The notes below the pieces were generated by a model. It was not told the DNA's origin, did no database searches, and was given only the letters and a program-made list of their open reading frames with translations. Positions 1-54,583 of a DNA stretch of 64,000 bases are shown piece after piece. Position 1 is the first letter of the stretch, and each line of letters begins with the position of its first letter. Origin of the DNA: Octopus sinensis. Lineage: Eukaryota. The stretch lies in contig NC_043007.1 of NCBI RefSeq assembly GCF_006345805.1, forward strand, positions 17,794,001 through 17,858,000, written 5' to 3'. The translations under genes were made by a program, and so were the position numbers.

Positions 1-58
<58 letters not shown>

Positions 59-160
59 AGTCATGCTTTTGTCTTTTCATTGTATTCTATTCCTTAGTCA
101 AAGTATAAACAAAATCTGTTATGCTATTTATTTTCTCAGACAACTTCAATAGTTGTTTTT

Positions 161-550
161 AGGCGAAGGTGTGACTGTGTGGTAAGTAGCTTGCTTACCA
201 ACCACATGGTTTCGGGTTCAGTCCCACTGCGTGGCACCTTGGGCAAGTGTCTTCTACTATAGCCTCGGGCTGAGCAAAGCCTTGTGAGTGGATTTGGTAG
301 ATGGAAACTGAAAGAAGCCCATCGTATATAATATGTATATATGTGTCTGTGTTTGTCCCCCACCCCCCACATCACTTGACAACTGCTGCTGGTGCGTTTA
401 CGTCTCTGTAACTTAGCGGTTCGGTAAACGAGACCGATAGAATAAGTACTAGGCTTTCAAAGAATAAATCCTTGGGGACGATTTTCTCGACTAAAGGCAC
501 TGCTCCAGCATGGCCACAATCCATGTAAAAGATGAAAGACAAAAGATAAG
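161..550 (+). mobile_element. SINE family A: tRNA-derived head, CORE-like gcaccttgggcaagtgtctt, internal microsatellite, 3' module
   Basis: Repeated consensus; other copies at about 3727-3990, 12119-12505, 27370-27680, 32038-32455, 37545-37945 (+) and 47951-48343, 62012-62315 (-). Confidence 0.85.
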
Positions 551-1011
551 ATTAATTGTGTAAGCAGTGAATACAATTTTTAGAGTATTGGGGTACAGAG
601 TGCTCAAATCTATATATTCTGAAGTTGCTGCTGCTACTACTACTAGATGAAATTAGCACACTGAATGTGTTTTTCTAAAGAACAATTGAACTTGTTTGTT
701 ATGGTGGGTAGTAAGGATGGTAGGGTTGGTAGGTGGGTTTGGTCAGTACACTGTGTAAGTATAATGTAGCATTGCAGGTGAAGGTTGGACGAAAGCCAAA
801 GAAAGAGCAAAAGGTGTTAATATTTTATGATGTGTAGGGTTGGAATGGTGGGTTTATGGATTACAATACATTTATTAACCTGATTTTTCATTTTTATTAT
901 CGACACCATTTATCTAAGTTACCATACCAGTCTTTTAATTTATGCATTTATCAAACATTGTTTTATTGATGTGACTGTTTACTTTCTTTTTTTTCCACTA
1001 TTTTTGTGTAG

Positions 1012-43828
<42,817 letters not shown>

Positions 43829-45385
43829 ATGAGGCAGTAATGAAGCATTTTGCTTCCACATATCATGGTTGCTTCTGTGTTCAATATGGCTTCCATTTTT
43901 CCAGTTTTATTTGCAACCATAAACACATACACACACATACACTCCCACAGTTCAGCCTTCGCATTTTTTAAAATTGAATTTCACCCTCATTAAAATGTTT
44001 TGATGTGTAGTGTAAAGTATTTTGTCAAACTTTATTGAATGTCTCTAAAGAACATAAATGTGAAAATTTAATAATAATTATTACCAATTTAAATATAATA
44101 AAACATTCCACAGAATGATTAAATTATCCATCCATTAGAAAAGTTGTTAATAAGAAATTAACATCAAAATTTCATAGATGCACACAAAAAGAAAAAAAAG
44201 AATATAGAAAAAAAATTTTATCATTCCAAAATATTTTCTTGTCACTTTAAGAACAAGAAATACTGAATGAAACAAATATTTTATCAAATTTGCCTTGTAA
44301 ATAATTAAAACAACCATTTTTTACTCATTTCTTTGTTGTCAGTGATTTTTACTCAAACAAGAGACACCAAATTTCTAACATTTTTTCCCTGAAATTCTAC
44401 AATTTCAGTGTTTGTTGTTTGTAGAGTTCAGTAACTCTTCTATAACTTTATTTTCATTTGTATTTATTGCTGTCAAATTATTTACATTTCTATTTATACA
44501 TACACATGTACATGTGTGTGTATATGCACACATATATATGTGTGTGTATATATATATGTACACACACACATATATATAAAATACACACTATGTGTGTTAC
44601 TTTTATATGTATAGTTTTGTTTTTTTTTATATTAAATACATTTTAGTTGAGACATTACTGGAAGATTTTTGTGGCAAAATGGAGAAAATGCTGTGGAGTA
44701 TCTTCTTCCCTGCTACTCTCTCTACCTTACTTTTAATTTCAGTTAATCAGCTTAGCCTTTCATTCTTCCCATTAACAACAACAACGTACTGAAGGTCCAG
44801 TTACTTGACCCCTTACAGTAAACAAAACAACGCATTTTCATAATGGTGCTATTATACAAATAACAAGCAGTTATTCATTTTAATACAGCAGACACCATGC
44901 ACATCCATCTTCCTTTTTTTTTCAAACCCTTTTAACAGGGACCACACACACACAAACACACATACACGCATGCAAACACACATCCATTTTATCGTTTTCA
45001 ACCCCTTCCACTTCTTCTTAGCTTTCATTCAGAGAAGAAAAAGGAACAAACCCACCTCATTTGTAAAAGAAAAAGGAAAATTATTTCTTGACTTTTGTTC
45101 AACTATGAAACAAGGACTAAACATTAAACAGTTTAAATACACAACAGTAAATATCCCAAATAGACATTTTCTGTATAAATTATGGCCTTTGGTGAAGTAA
45201 AACCCAGTTTCAAAACATCAGCTCCCAAAGGATACTCTGGTTGTGAAAAGGTGCTTCTGTCACACATCAATTATATAATTTTTTCTAAATACATTATTCA
45301 ATAGTAATTTGTCTCTTTTTTTTTTTTTGTCTGTATTGTTTTTTATTTTGATTGTGTTTGTTGTATAAAGTGTTTGTTGTAGTGC

Positions 45386-46332
45386 TGACACTACCCGTTG
45401 CCAGCACCCCACCACGGTGAGGAGGGGATGGACTTTGGGGATGCAAGTACTTACTTTTCTAAGTCTGGTTTTTATTCTATCAGTCACTTTTGCTGAACCA
45501 CTAAGTTATGGGAATGTAAACAAACTAACACTGGTTGTTAAGTGGTGGATTGGAGTGGGGGACAATGACACACATACACACACACAAAGGGCTTGCACAT
45601 GGCATTCAAACGTTGCTGCTGTTAGTGAGTCTTGATTTCCTAAGCAAAGTAAATCTGCTTGTAAAATAAGGTAAGGTTGTGTGCCATGAGGGGAGACGAG
45701 TTCCCTTTTCTTTTGTCTTGTTTCGGTCATTGAACTGTAGTCATGCTGTGTTTTTAGTTGAACAAGCTGGCCCTAGTACTTACTTGTACTTGTGGCGACA
45801 TTCACCCTGGGTGGATTGAGTCGGCTTCTTCTGCCACCCTCGAGGCATCTCGAACCCTGGCGGTGGAAGAAGTTTCGTGGGAATATGTGGATTTCATAAG
45901 CGGTCCCCAACAATCCCACATGTAGAGACATCCTGTTTGTCGCAGGTTGTCCGCAGATGCAGGGACAGAATGACCAAGGAGCCGCTGGTTGCCGAAACAG
46001 ACACTCCGAGGATTTTCACCAGAGCCCCATCTTCCGGGTTGTGACCCTAATACCACTCTGTGTCAGACCAATCCGCCTTGGGTGGCCCTACCAGGAACTG
46101 AAGTTCCCAGCGGCATAGCTCTGACACTACCCGTTGCCAGCACCCCACCACGGTGAGGAGGGGATGGACTTTGGGGACGCAAGTACTTGCTTTTCTAAGT
46201 CTGGTATTTATTCTATCAGTCACTTTTGCTGAACCACTAAGTTATGGGGATGTAAACAAACTAACACCGGTTGTTAAGTGGTGGATTGGAGTGGGGTACA
46301 AAGACACACACACACACAAAGGGCTTGCACAC
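45386..46332. repeat. ~210-bp direct repeat pair (45386-45600 and 46121-46332)
   Basis: Near-identical ctgacactacccgttgccagc...aaagggcttgcaca in both copies. Confidence 0.9.
45800..46190 (-). mobile_element. RTE-clade LINE 5' leader fragment (structured), truncated before the endonuclease
   Basis: gtggtgggg...gagctatgcc...ggtagggccacccaaggcgga..ggtc resembles BovB/Rex3-type 5' leaders (recalled similarity). Confidence 0.6.
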
Positions 46333-46847
46333 GATTTCTATCTACCAAAGATGCTGTGCAGTGGGACTGAACCCCAAACTGCATGGTTGCAAAGTGTGCT
46401 GTGCCTTTACAAATTTATAGTAACATTTTTCATGTCAAGGTAAACCATCATTAGTATTTCTCTGTGTACATTTGATTTGATACTCTGAACAAAAACTTAG
46501 GTGTGTCTAGATAAGAGAGAACTGATGAAAGGCAAAGAAGAAAAAGTAAACTATGAGATTCATTACCATGTCCACACATTGTACGATCTGTACTGGCAAG
46601 ATTTTGAGGTGTGAAACCAGGGAACAGCTGTGTTTGATAAGTTAAATGGCTTTCACTGAAAGTAGGATAAATGGAATGAAGTATAGAAATAAGTCCTGTT
46701 ATCGATCAGAGCTAATGACATAAATATCACTGATTAAACATTTAAGAAGTAGTCAAAAAATTTATGCAGATAAATGCTGTCATATGGAACTTCTTGGCAA
46801 GGTACATAACTCTGGTGTAGATTCTCTTCACTGAAAAGGAAACCATA

Positions 46848-47715
46848 TACAGGGTGCAGTGAATAAATTGTCTAAATTATGCAAAAATGAAAATAACACT
46901 AACATCTAATTTTAAGATATATTTACCAAAATTACATAAAAATATCTTGAAATACTAAAGAGTAAATTTATTCAATAAAATTGCCATTGTCTTCAACCAC
47001 AGCCTCCGGACGACTTCAGAATCTCCTGCAACTCTTGTGTATGGTCTCTTTCTTAAGTTGGTGAATGCTTCCATAATCCTTGCTTCCAGTTCAACTTTGG
47101 TGTTACAAATAGTTTTGTTAGTCTCTTGCTCAACTGTGCCCCACACATAATAATGAAGGGGGTTGCAGTGTGGGGAGTTAGGTGGCCAGATGTTAGGGGT
47201 GATGTGGTCGCAGAAATTGTCTGACAGCTATGACTGGGTTCTCCTGCTTGTGTGGCATGGTGCAGAGTCCTGTTGCCAGACATGGGGGGGTCTTCCAGCA
47301 GCCACCCTCTTGACCCAGGGAGGCACTACCTCCTCCAAGCATTTGATGTAGGCCCCCATGCTGAGTGTGAGGCAGTATGGGAAGATGAATGGAGGCATAA
47401 CATCACCATCACTAGGGATCACTCCAAACACCATGGTGTTGACTGGATGTTTGATATTTATCACTCTCGGTACATGTCCTCAGATTGACACCCAGACACT
47501 CTGAAATGTTTGCATTGAAGTTTCTGGTGCAAATGCTAAGCAGTACAGAATGTCGTTTTCAAATTTCTGGCAGAGTGAATTGTGCCATGGTGCTGTTGTT
47601 CTTAGAGACGGTGCCCAACATAACCTACGATACTGTGCTGAAAAAATTAAAAACAAACAATGCACATGCGCAAAACTAAAAATATAAAATGGCGACAATT
47701 TACCCATCACACATA
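46848..47715 (-). mobile_element. Internally deleted maT-like (DD37D) Tc1/mariner element
   Basis: WQQDSAPCH...WPPNSP.CNPL.YYVWG with 37 residues between the last two catalytic positions; the N-terminus MAQFTLPEI*KRH joins directly to the catalytic part; TA-cagggtgcagtgaataaattgtc TIR, with only a partial match at the other end. Confidence 0.8.
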
Positions 47716-47843
47716 TTATACACACAGACATATATACATACAAATGCATATGCTTATATATGCACGCATATATCTATCTATCTATATGATAGACCGTTAG
47801 CTCCTACACGCATTTATTTCTCTCCTTGTTTCCTTTCCATGTA

Positions 47844-47881
47844 TCTTTCTGACGAAGAGCATAGACTCGAAACGTAAAAGA
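47844..47881 (+). ncRNA. Minimal type-I hammerhead ribozyme motif
   Basis: UCUUU-CUGACGA-A-GAG(CAUAGA)CUC-GAAA-CG-UA/AAAGA; 5-bp stem I, palindromic ACGU stem III. Confidence 0.75.
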
Positions 47882-47950
47882 CTTGTTCTATTTCTATTCC
47901 TGAGTGCCATACTAATACATTTGTTTGTTTGTACTCCACCTGCCTTCGTC

Positions 47951-48150
47951 TTTTACTCTTTTACTTGTTTCAGTCATTTGACTGTGGCCATGCTGGAGCA
48001 CCGCCTTTAGTCGAGCAAATCGACCCCGGGACTTATTCTTTGTAAGCCCAGTACTTATTCTATCGGTCTCTTTTGCCGAACAACTAAGTGACGGGGACGT
48101 AAACACACCAGCATCGGTTGTCAAGCAATGCTAGGGGAACAAACACAGAT

Positions 48151-48185
<35 letters not shown>

Positions 48186-48343
48186 CGACAGGCTTCTTTC
48201 AGTTTCCGTCTACCAAATCCACTCACAAGGCATTGGTTGGCCCGGGGCTATAGCAGAAGACACTTGCCCAAGATGCCACGCAGTGGGACTGAACCCGGAA
48301 CCATGTGGTTGGTTAGCAAGCTACTTACCACACAGCCACTCCT
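47951..48343 (-). mobile_element. SINE family A, full length, minus strand
   Basis: Reverse complement of the family A consensus. Confidence 0.85.
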
Positions 48344-48986
48344 GGTCTATTTTCGTAAACCTTCCCATTATCTATATCTATATGTATCTATATATATACA
48401 CACACATATTTGGTAAAGCCTACTTAAAATTTTTTTCATCACAATCGGAATCTGCATGAAATAAAATTTTTAAAAAAAACACCCCCCCCCCCCAGCGAAA
48501 ACGGGTGGAGTGTGCATAGTACCTGTCCGCCCATGGTGCAGATTTATTTACTTGTTTCAATTGTTTTGATGCCACTCCGCCTTGAATGTTGCTGCATGGA
48601 AATGAGTCGATGGGAAAAGTTATGCAATACCTGTTGTTGATTACATTAAGGTGGGCCTCTTCGGATCAAAGTGGATTCTTATATTGTGGGTGTGGTGTGT
48701 ACATATATGACAGGTGCGCAATATGTGTGTGTGTGTGTATCATCATCATCATCATCATCATCGTCGTTTAACGTCCGTTTTCCGCGCTAGCACGGGTTGG
48801 ACGGTTCGACCGGGGTCTGGGGAGCCAGGAGGCTGTTCCAGGCTCCAGTCTGATCTGGCAGTGTTTCTACAGCTGGATGCCCTTCCTAATGCCAACCTCT
48901 CCAAGAGTGTAGTGGGTGCTTTTTACGTGCCACCTGCACAGGTGCCAGAGGGGTCTGGCATCGGCCCTATATATATATATATATAA

Positions 48987-49117
48987 AATTAGGGTTCAGT
49001 AAATTAATTTACTTTACCGCATACTGAAACTTTTAGAAATAGCAGCCAAAAACCTTTTGGCTGCTATTTCTAAGTTTCTGTATGTGGTAAAGTAAATTAT
49101 TTTACTGAGCCCTAATT
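48987..49117. repeat. ~130-bp near-perfect palindrome (MITE-like foldback)
   Basis: aattagggttcagtaaa...gcagccaaaa-acc-ttttggctgc...tttactgagccctaatt. Confidence 0.85.
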
Positions 49118-49431
49118 ATATAACGGAGTGGTTGGCGTTAGGAAGGGCATCCAGCTGTAGAAACACTGCCAGATCTGACTGGCCTGGTGCAGCCTTCGGG
49201 CTCCCCAGACCCCAGTTGAACCGTCCAACCCATGCTAGCATGGAAAACGGACGCTAAATGATGATGATGATGATGATGATGATGAATATTTTGAATATAC
49301 CTTGAATGGTCCTTTTACATACTGAACACTACTTGGTGAAATTAATTAATAATTAATTGATTTTACCCTTTTATTATTGATATATATATACATATACGCA
49401 TACATACATATATGTGTGTGTGTGTGTGTGT

Positions 49432-49722
49432 GTGGAGGCGCAGTGGCCCAGTGGTTGGGGCAGCGGACTCGCGGTCGGAGGATCACGGTTTTGATTCCCA
49501 GACCAGGCGTTGTGTGTGTTTATTGAGCGAAAACAACCTAAAGCTCCACGAGGCTCCGGCAAGGGGGTGGGTGGCGACCCCTGTTGTACTCAACTTTCTC
49601 TTCCTGTTTCTTGAGTAACGCTGTGATGGACTGGCGTCCCGTCCAGCTGGGGGGAACACACGCCGTAGAAACCGGGAAACCGGGCCCATGAGCCTGGCTA
49701 GGCTTGAAAAGGGCGCATAAAA
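49432..49722 (+). mobile_element. tRNA-derived SINE sharing its head with 60612-61000 and its tail with 4009-4262
   Basis: Direct sequence identity of the head and tail modules. Confidence 0.8.
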
Positions 49723-50013
49723 AATACATATGTGTGTATATAAGTGTATGTATATGTAAGTATCTGTCTGTACATGTGTATATGAATCTATATTCACACT
49801 TACATATGGAGCTAGTCTTTCTCATTCGCAAAATGGGCCCCACTTAATTTGGCTCAGATTGCTTTCAATTTTGGTTTATAAAGTGAATTACTCGTAAATT
49901 AAAGAATTTGATGTTTTGAAAAAATTTTGGGGAAAATTTCGAAAAATTTTTGAGGAAAATTTTGGGGAAAATTTTGAAGCAAGACAAATGAAAAGTAACA
50001 AAAATATAGATTA

Positions 50014-50089
50014 ATCATAAACAATGTTTCACTATTAACATATTACGTAATTTTACTCACGCAATTTGTCTGTAGATCTTCAGTATGAT
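50014..50089 (-). ncRNA. Type-I hammerhead motif with long stem II
   Basis: AUCAUA-CUGAAGA-[U CUA..GAC AAA UUGCGUGA GUAAAA UUACGUAA UAU GUU..UAG U]-GAAA-CAUUG-UU/UAUGAU; 6-bp stem I; U.U at the base of stem II. Confidence 0.6.
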
Positions 50090-51159
50090 CGTCCATACAA
50101 ATATAATTTGCAGAACTACACACCAGACCTCCGCACGAGTCGAATATGTATGCTGTTCTACCTATTGCACTTGTGGTTATTTTTCAAAAGGCCTCGTTTT
50201 GGCACGCTAGATTACCGGAAATAATACTGCATAGAATAATTTATTGCAGTAGCTTTTGCCGGTTTGACAACGTATTAATTTAGAATTAAAATTAAATTGC
50301 GTAAGTAAAATTCTCTCATACCACATACAAAACGTTTCGAGCCTACGCTCTTCAACAGATAGGAACATGATGAAATAAACAGAGACTATAGCAAGATAGA
50401 CACACACAGACATACATTCACGCATGTCAGTCGTCACGTTTGTATATATATGTGTAGATGTGCGTGTGTGTGTGTGTGTTTAATAACGTACCGTTACATA
50501 TGTATGTGTAGATGTGTGTTTTTAATAACGTACCTAACACAGAAAAACACAGTATGAGACATATACACACTCATACACTTACACACATCACTCACAGACA
50601 GTTACACAGTCATATACAAAATGTGATCTTGTAGTTGTGGAATGAAAAGCCCTGCTGACACTAGAAAGATTATGTCTATGAAATGTTATATTGTTATAAA
50701 AATGAAAATAAAATTTCGTATTGACAACATATAGTGTGTTAAATAACATACCTAACGCGGAAAGACACACACACACTGTGTGACTTATACACACGCATAC
50801 ACTCACACATACATGCGCCATGATCTCTATTTCTCTTGGTTTCTGTTTACCGTTACTAGAGTTGGTCTTAACTAGAATATTAATGTATGTGCGTGCGTGT
50901 ATATATATATATATATATATATAGGTAAATGGATATGAATGTAAACAGACTTACAGATAGATAGGTACATTGGTAATAGGAATAGACAAGCGCACATACA
51001 AACACATATGAAGACACTGAAACACATGGCCAAACACACACGCACATTTCACACAAAGGCACATATGAAGACACACATCCATGCGTAACAGACGCACGTA
51101 CGTAGTCATAAAAACCCACACACAGACAAATTCAGGGATGCACACACAAGAAGCCAAAG

Positions 51160-51193
<34 letters not shown>

Positions 51194-51663
51194 ATGCAAA
51201 CACACAGGCATAAAAACAAACACATGAATATGCAGAATACATACATACAAACGTACACACATGCATACATATATATATATGCATATGCACACACATAGAT
51301 GCATACACACATACATACATACATACATACATACATACGTGTACGCGCGTACACACTGGCCCACACACATACGTACAAACAAACAAAAAGGAATGCAGTG
51401 TAAATATCGGACAGAGTCGACGACTATTGAAAAGGTTGCAAGACGCAACGAAAGTTTTAGAAAAAAATAAGAAATGAGTGGGAACTGAACCGGTGAGTGT
51501 GTTAAATAATTAGATACAAAAAGAGAATGACCCTCCCCAGAACACAAGAAAATATGCTTCAACACACGACTCGAGTAAAGAGTCTTGCAAACCAAATCAC
51601 AAAACGAAATATATTTATATATATAATACACACACATATTTAACTATACACATACACACACAA

Positions 51664-51700
<37 letters not shown>

Positions 51701-51703
<3 letters not shown>

Positions 51704-52664
51704 TGGGTTGTCCGGAAAGTTCGTGCTGATTTATAGTAGCTTATCTTTCGACTTATTTTAGAACATGGTTGAGTCCATAAAATAGGATTTGACTACACTT
51801 CCATTTAGAGCACAGTTTAAGCTATCTTTTCGTGGAAGAAGGTTTATGTTCCTATAACCTGTGTTAATTCTGTAACCCTTTAAAATGGAATATAAGTAAG
51901 TTCATTTTCGGCACTTGATGCTTTTCTTTTTCCGTAAAGGGGAAAATTCCTCACAAGCAACCAAAGAAATACGCGCAGTTTACGGTGATGTTTCTTTATC
52001 CGAAAGAACTGTACGGAAGTGGTTCGCAAGGTTCCGAGCTGGAGATTGTAGCCTTATTGATAAACAGCGATCAGGCAGACCATCCACTACAGATGATGAC
52101 CAAACTAAGTCATTAATTGAGAATAACCCTCTCTGCACAACCTGAGAATTGTCAGAAAGCCTCAACCTATCAAAATCCGTCGTTCATGAGCACCTGGTAA
52201 AGCTTGGGTACACAAATCGCTACAATGTTTGATTACCAAATGAATTGAGTGAGAAGAACATTTTGGATCGCATTTCCATCTGTGATTCGCTTTAAAAACA
52301 GAATGAAAGCGCGTCTTTTTTAAAGGAAATTGTGACAGGTGATGAGAGAAATGGATTATCTACCGAAATGTTCAGAGAATGCGATCCTGGAGTAAGCGAC
52401 ATGAGCTATCCTTGGCCACCTCAAAAGCGAGTCTTCACCCTAAAAAAGTCTTGCTTTGTGTATGGTGGGATTGGAAAGGAATTCTGTACTATGAGATTTT
52501 CCCAAGTAACCAGACAATTAAATTCTGAGAAATATTGCACGCAACTGGACGAGTTAAAAACAGCAATTCAAGGGAAACGTCCAAGAATTGGCCAACAGGA
52601 AGGGTGTTGTTTTCCAACATGATAATGCAAGACCGCACGTTTCTTTAGGAACCAGACAAAAATT
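51701..52664 (+). mobile_element. 3'-truncated mariner (DD34D-type) transposon, transposase pseudogene
   Basis: TA + TIR ttgggttgtccggaaagttcgtgc; HTH region (RTVRKWFARF, RSGRPST), VTGDE and FQHDNARPH with stops and frameshifts; ends abruptly in a (TA)n expansion. Confidence 0.9.
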
Positions 52665-52666
52665 GT

Positions 52667-52740
<74 letters not shown>

Positions 52741-53003
52741 GAATGTATATATATGTACATATATGTGTATGTATATGTATATATATATATATATATAATA
52801 TGTATATGAAGGTATATATATGTACATATATGTGTATGTATATGTATATATATGTACATAGATGTGTATGTATATGTATATATATGTACATATATGTGTA
52901 TGTATATGTATATATATGTACATATATATGTGTATTTATATGTATATATATGTCTATATATATGTTTACGTATATGTATATATACGTCTATATATATGTT
53001 TAC

Positions 53004-53039
<36 letters not shown>

Positions 53040-53065
53040 TTGTAAATATATATGTATATATGTGT
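52665..53065. repeat. Compound (TA)n/(TATG)n/(TG)n microsatellite block; similar blocks at 1-54, 16207-16367, 17212-17266, 26045-26128, 54185-54320, 54668-55015 and 56390-56772
   Basis: Seen directly. Confidence 0.95.
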
Positions 53066-53070
53066 AGGAT

Positions 53071-53107
53071 CCTCTGATGAGAACCCAGGTTCGAAAATCG
53101 ATTAAGG
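53071..53107 (+). ncRNA. Minimal type-I hammerhead ribozyme motif
   Basis: CCU-CUGAUGA-GAAC(CCAG)GUUC-GAAA-AUCGAU-UA/AGG; perfect core, palindromic AAUCGAUU stem III, short stem I. Confidence 0.75.
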
Positions 53108-53311
53108 TTGTTCATCATTTATTTTTCAGTCTCCGGAGAAATGGCTAAAATTTGTCCTGTTTATAATTATACCAAATGTTGCACACACACACACGCGCGC
53201 GCATGTGTGTGTGTGGGTGTAAAGAAAGAAAACAGAAAACGGAGAAATATTGATGAACAACAATTGACTTACATCAATTATCATTTATTAATTCAATACA
53301 AATAGATTGCA

Positions 53312-53430
53312 TCCCGTCTAACAGCTGTTTCTGCTTCCGATGTTGAATGGTATTGCCATTGATATGCTAAAAATATTTATCATATTTAGTAATAAGACCG
53401 ATCTGAAACATGGAACTTCATCAGAGTGAA
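53312..53430 (-). ncRNA. Hammerhead-like motif with long stem II and weak stem I
   Basis: CUGAUGA-A-GUUCCAUGUU...AACAUCGGAAGC-A-GAAA-CAGCUG-UU; palindromic ACAGCUGU stem III. Confidence 0.5.
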
Positions 53431-54185
53431 GAATACATTAAGAAGAAGGAAATAGAGAAGAACGGGGGAAAAGTTGAATATGGTTGGAATCATACCATTT
53501 TGCTTGTGTATCTCTTTGGGACGTTAAGTAAATGACTAAACTTAAAATAGTAATTGGTGGATTAATCCTTCGTACGGGATGGATAGGATGGGTAAATAAT
53601 AATAAAAAAAATAATAGTGGGATACACCAATAGGTTTTAGTCGGAGAAGGAGTGAAAATACAATTAGGTTTTAGATTAATAATAATAATTTATAATAATT
53701 ATGTTAGTAGTAGTTATTAATAATATTTATCATAATAAAATGCTATTATGATAGTATTATTGATTAGTACTACAAACATAATTATTATAAATTATTATGA
53801 TTAATCTAAAATCTTATTGCATCTTTGTTATTGATCGGTCTTATTACTAAATATAATAATCTTTATCAAATCAAAGCCAATACCATACAATATTGGAAGC
53901 AGAAACAGCTGTTAGACGGGATGCAGTCTATTTGTATTCAATTAATAAATAATATTTGATGTAAGTCAATTGTTGTTCACCAATATATCTCCATTTTCTG
54001 TTTCCTTTAAATTTTGATTGAAAAATTCCTGTTTAGCCTTGTCTTTACCTATAATTTATGAGCATAATATGCTTGCATGCATATACCCAAGTTTAAACAT
54101 AGGCAATATACCGGTAGTATATCACGGGTGCTTCTATCCTTTAGACGGGTATTTTAACATCTAACTCAGCTAACCTTTTATATAC

Positions 54186-54307
<122 letters not shown>

Positions 54308-54460
54308 TATATATATATATTACGGAGATGTACTTGCATAGCAAGTGATTTGATCTGAGATCGGTGTGCTGAAACGAAAACAATTGCAGCGTGGAAGTTG
54401 TTTGTAAGCCATTTAAGAAACACACAAAAGCCGTCGATTCGCTTCAATATTTAAGTTTAA

Positions 54461-54510
54461 TTTGTCAAAATATTTTCGTTGCTTTAAGACGCGACCTGTT
54501 CACTGACAAA
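54461..54510 (-). ncRNA. Mirror hammerhead motif with G3:C8 core (left arm of foldback)
   Basis: Same architecture on the minus strand, with one C.A mismatch in stem II. Confidence 0.6.
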
Positions 54511-54532
54511 AATCCGAGATGCAGCACGGATT

Positions 54533-54583
54533 TTTGTCAGTGAACAGGTCGCGGTCTTAAAGCGACGAAAATATTTTGACAAA
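54533..54583 (+). ncRNA. Hammerhead motif with G3:C8 compensatory core (right arm of foldback)
   Basis: UUUGUCA-GUGAACA-G-GUCGC(GGUCUUAAA)GCGAC-GAAA-AUAU-UU/UGACAAA; 7-bp stem I, 5-bp stem II, palindromic AAUAUU stem III. Confidence 0.7.

Noticed and set aside
136-375. Recurrent ORFs with RRHLPKVP..GTEP.TMWLVSKLLTTQP
   Set aside because: Antisense translations of SINE family A, not a protein family
46040-46190. HDV-like ribozyme fold for the RTE-type leader
   Set aside because: I could not place the nested P1/P3/P1.1 or a C-containing J4/2 strand; kept only as an unclassified structured leader
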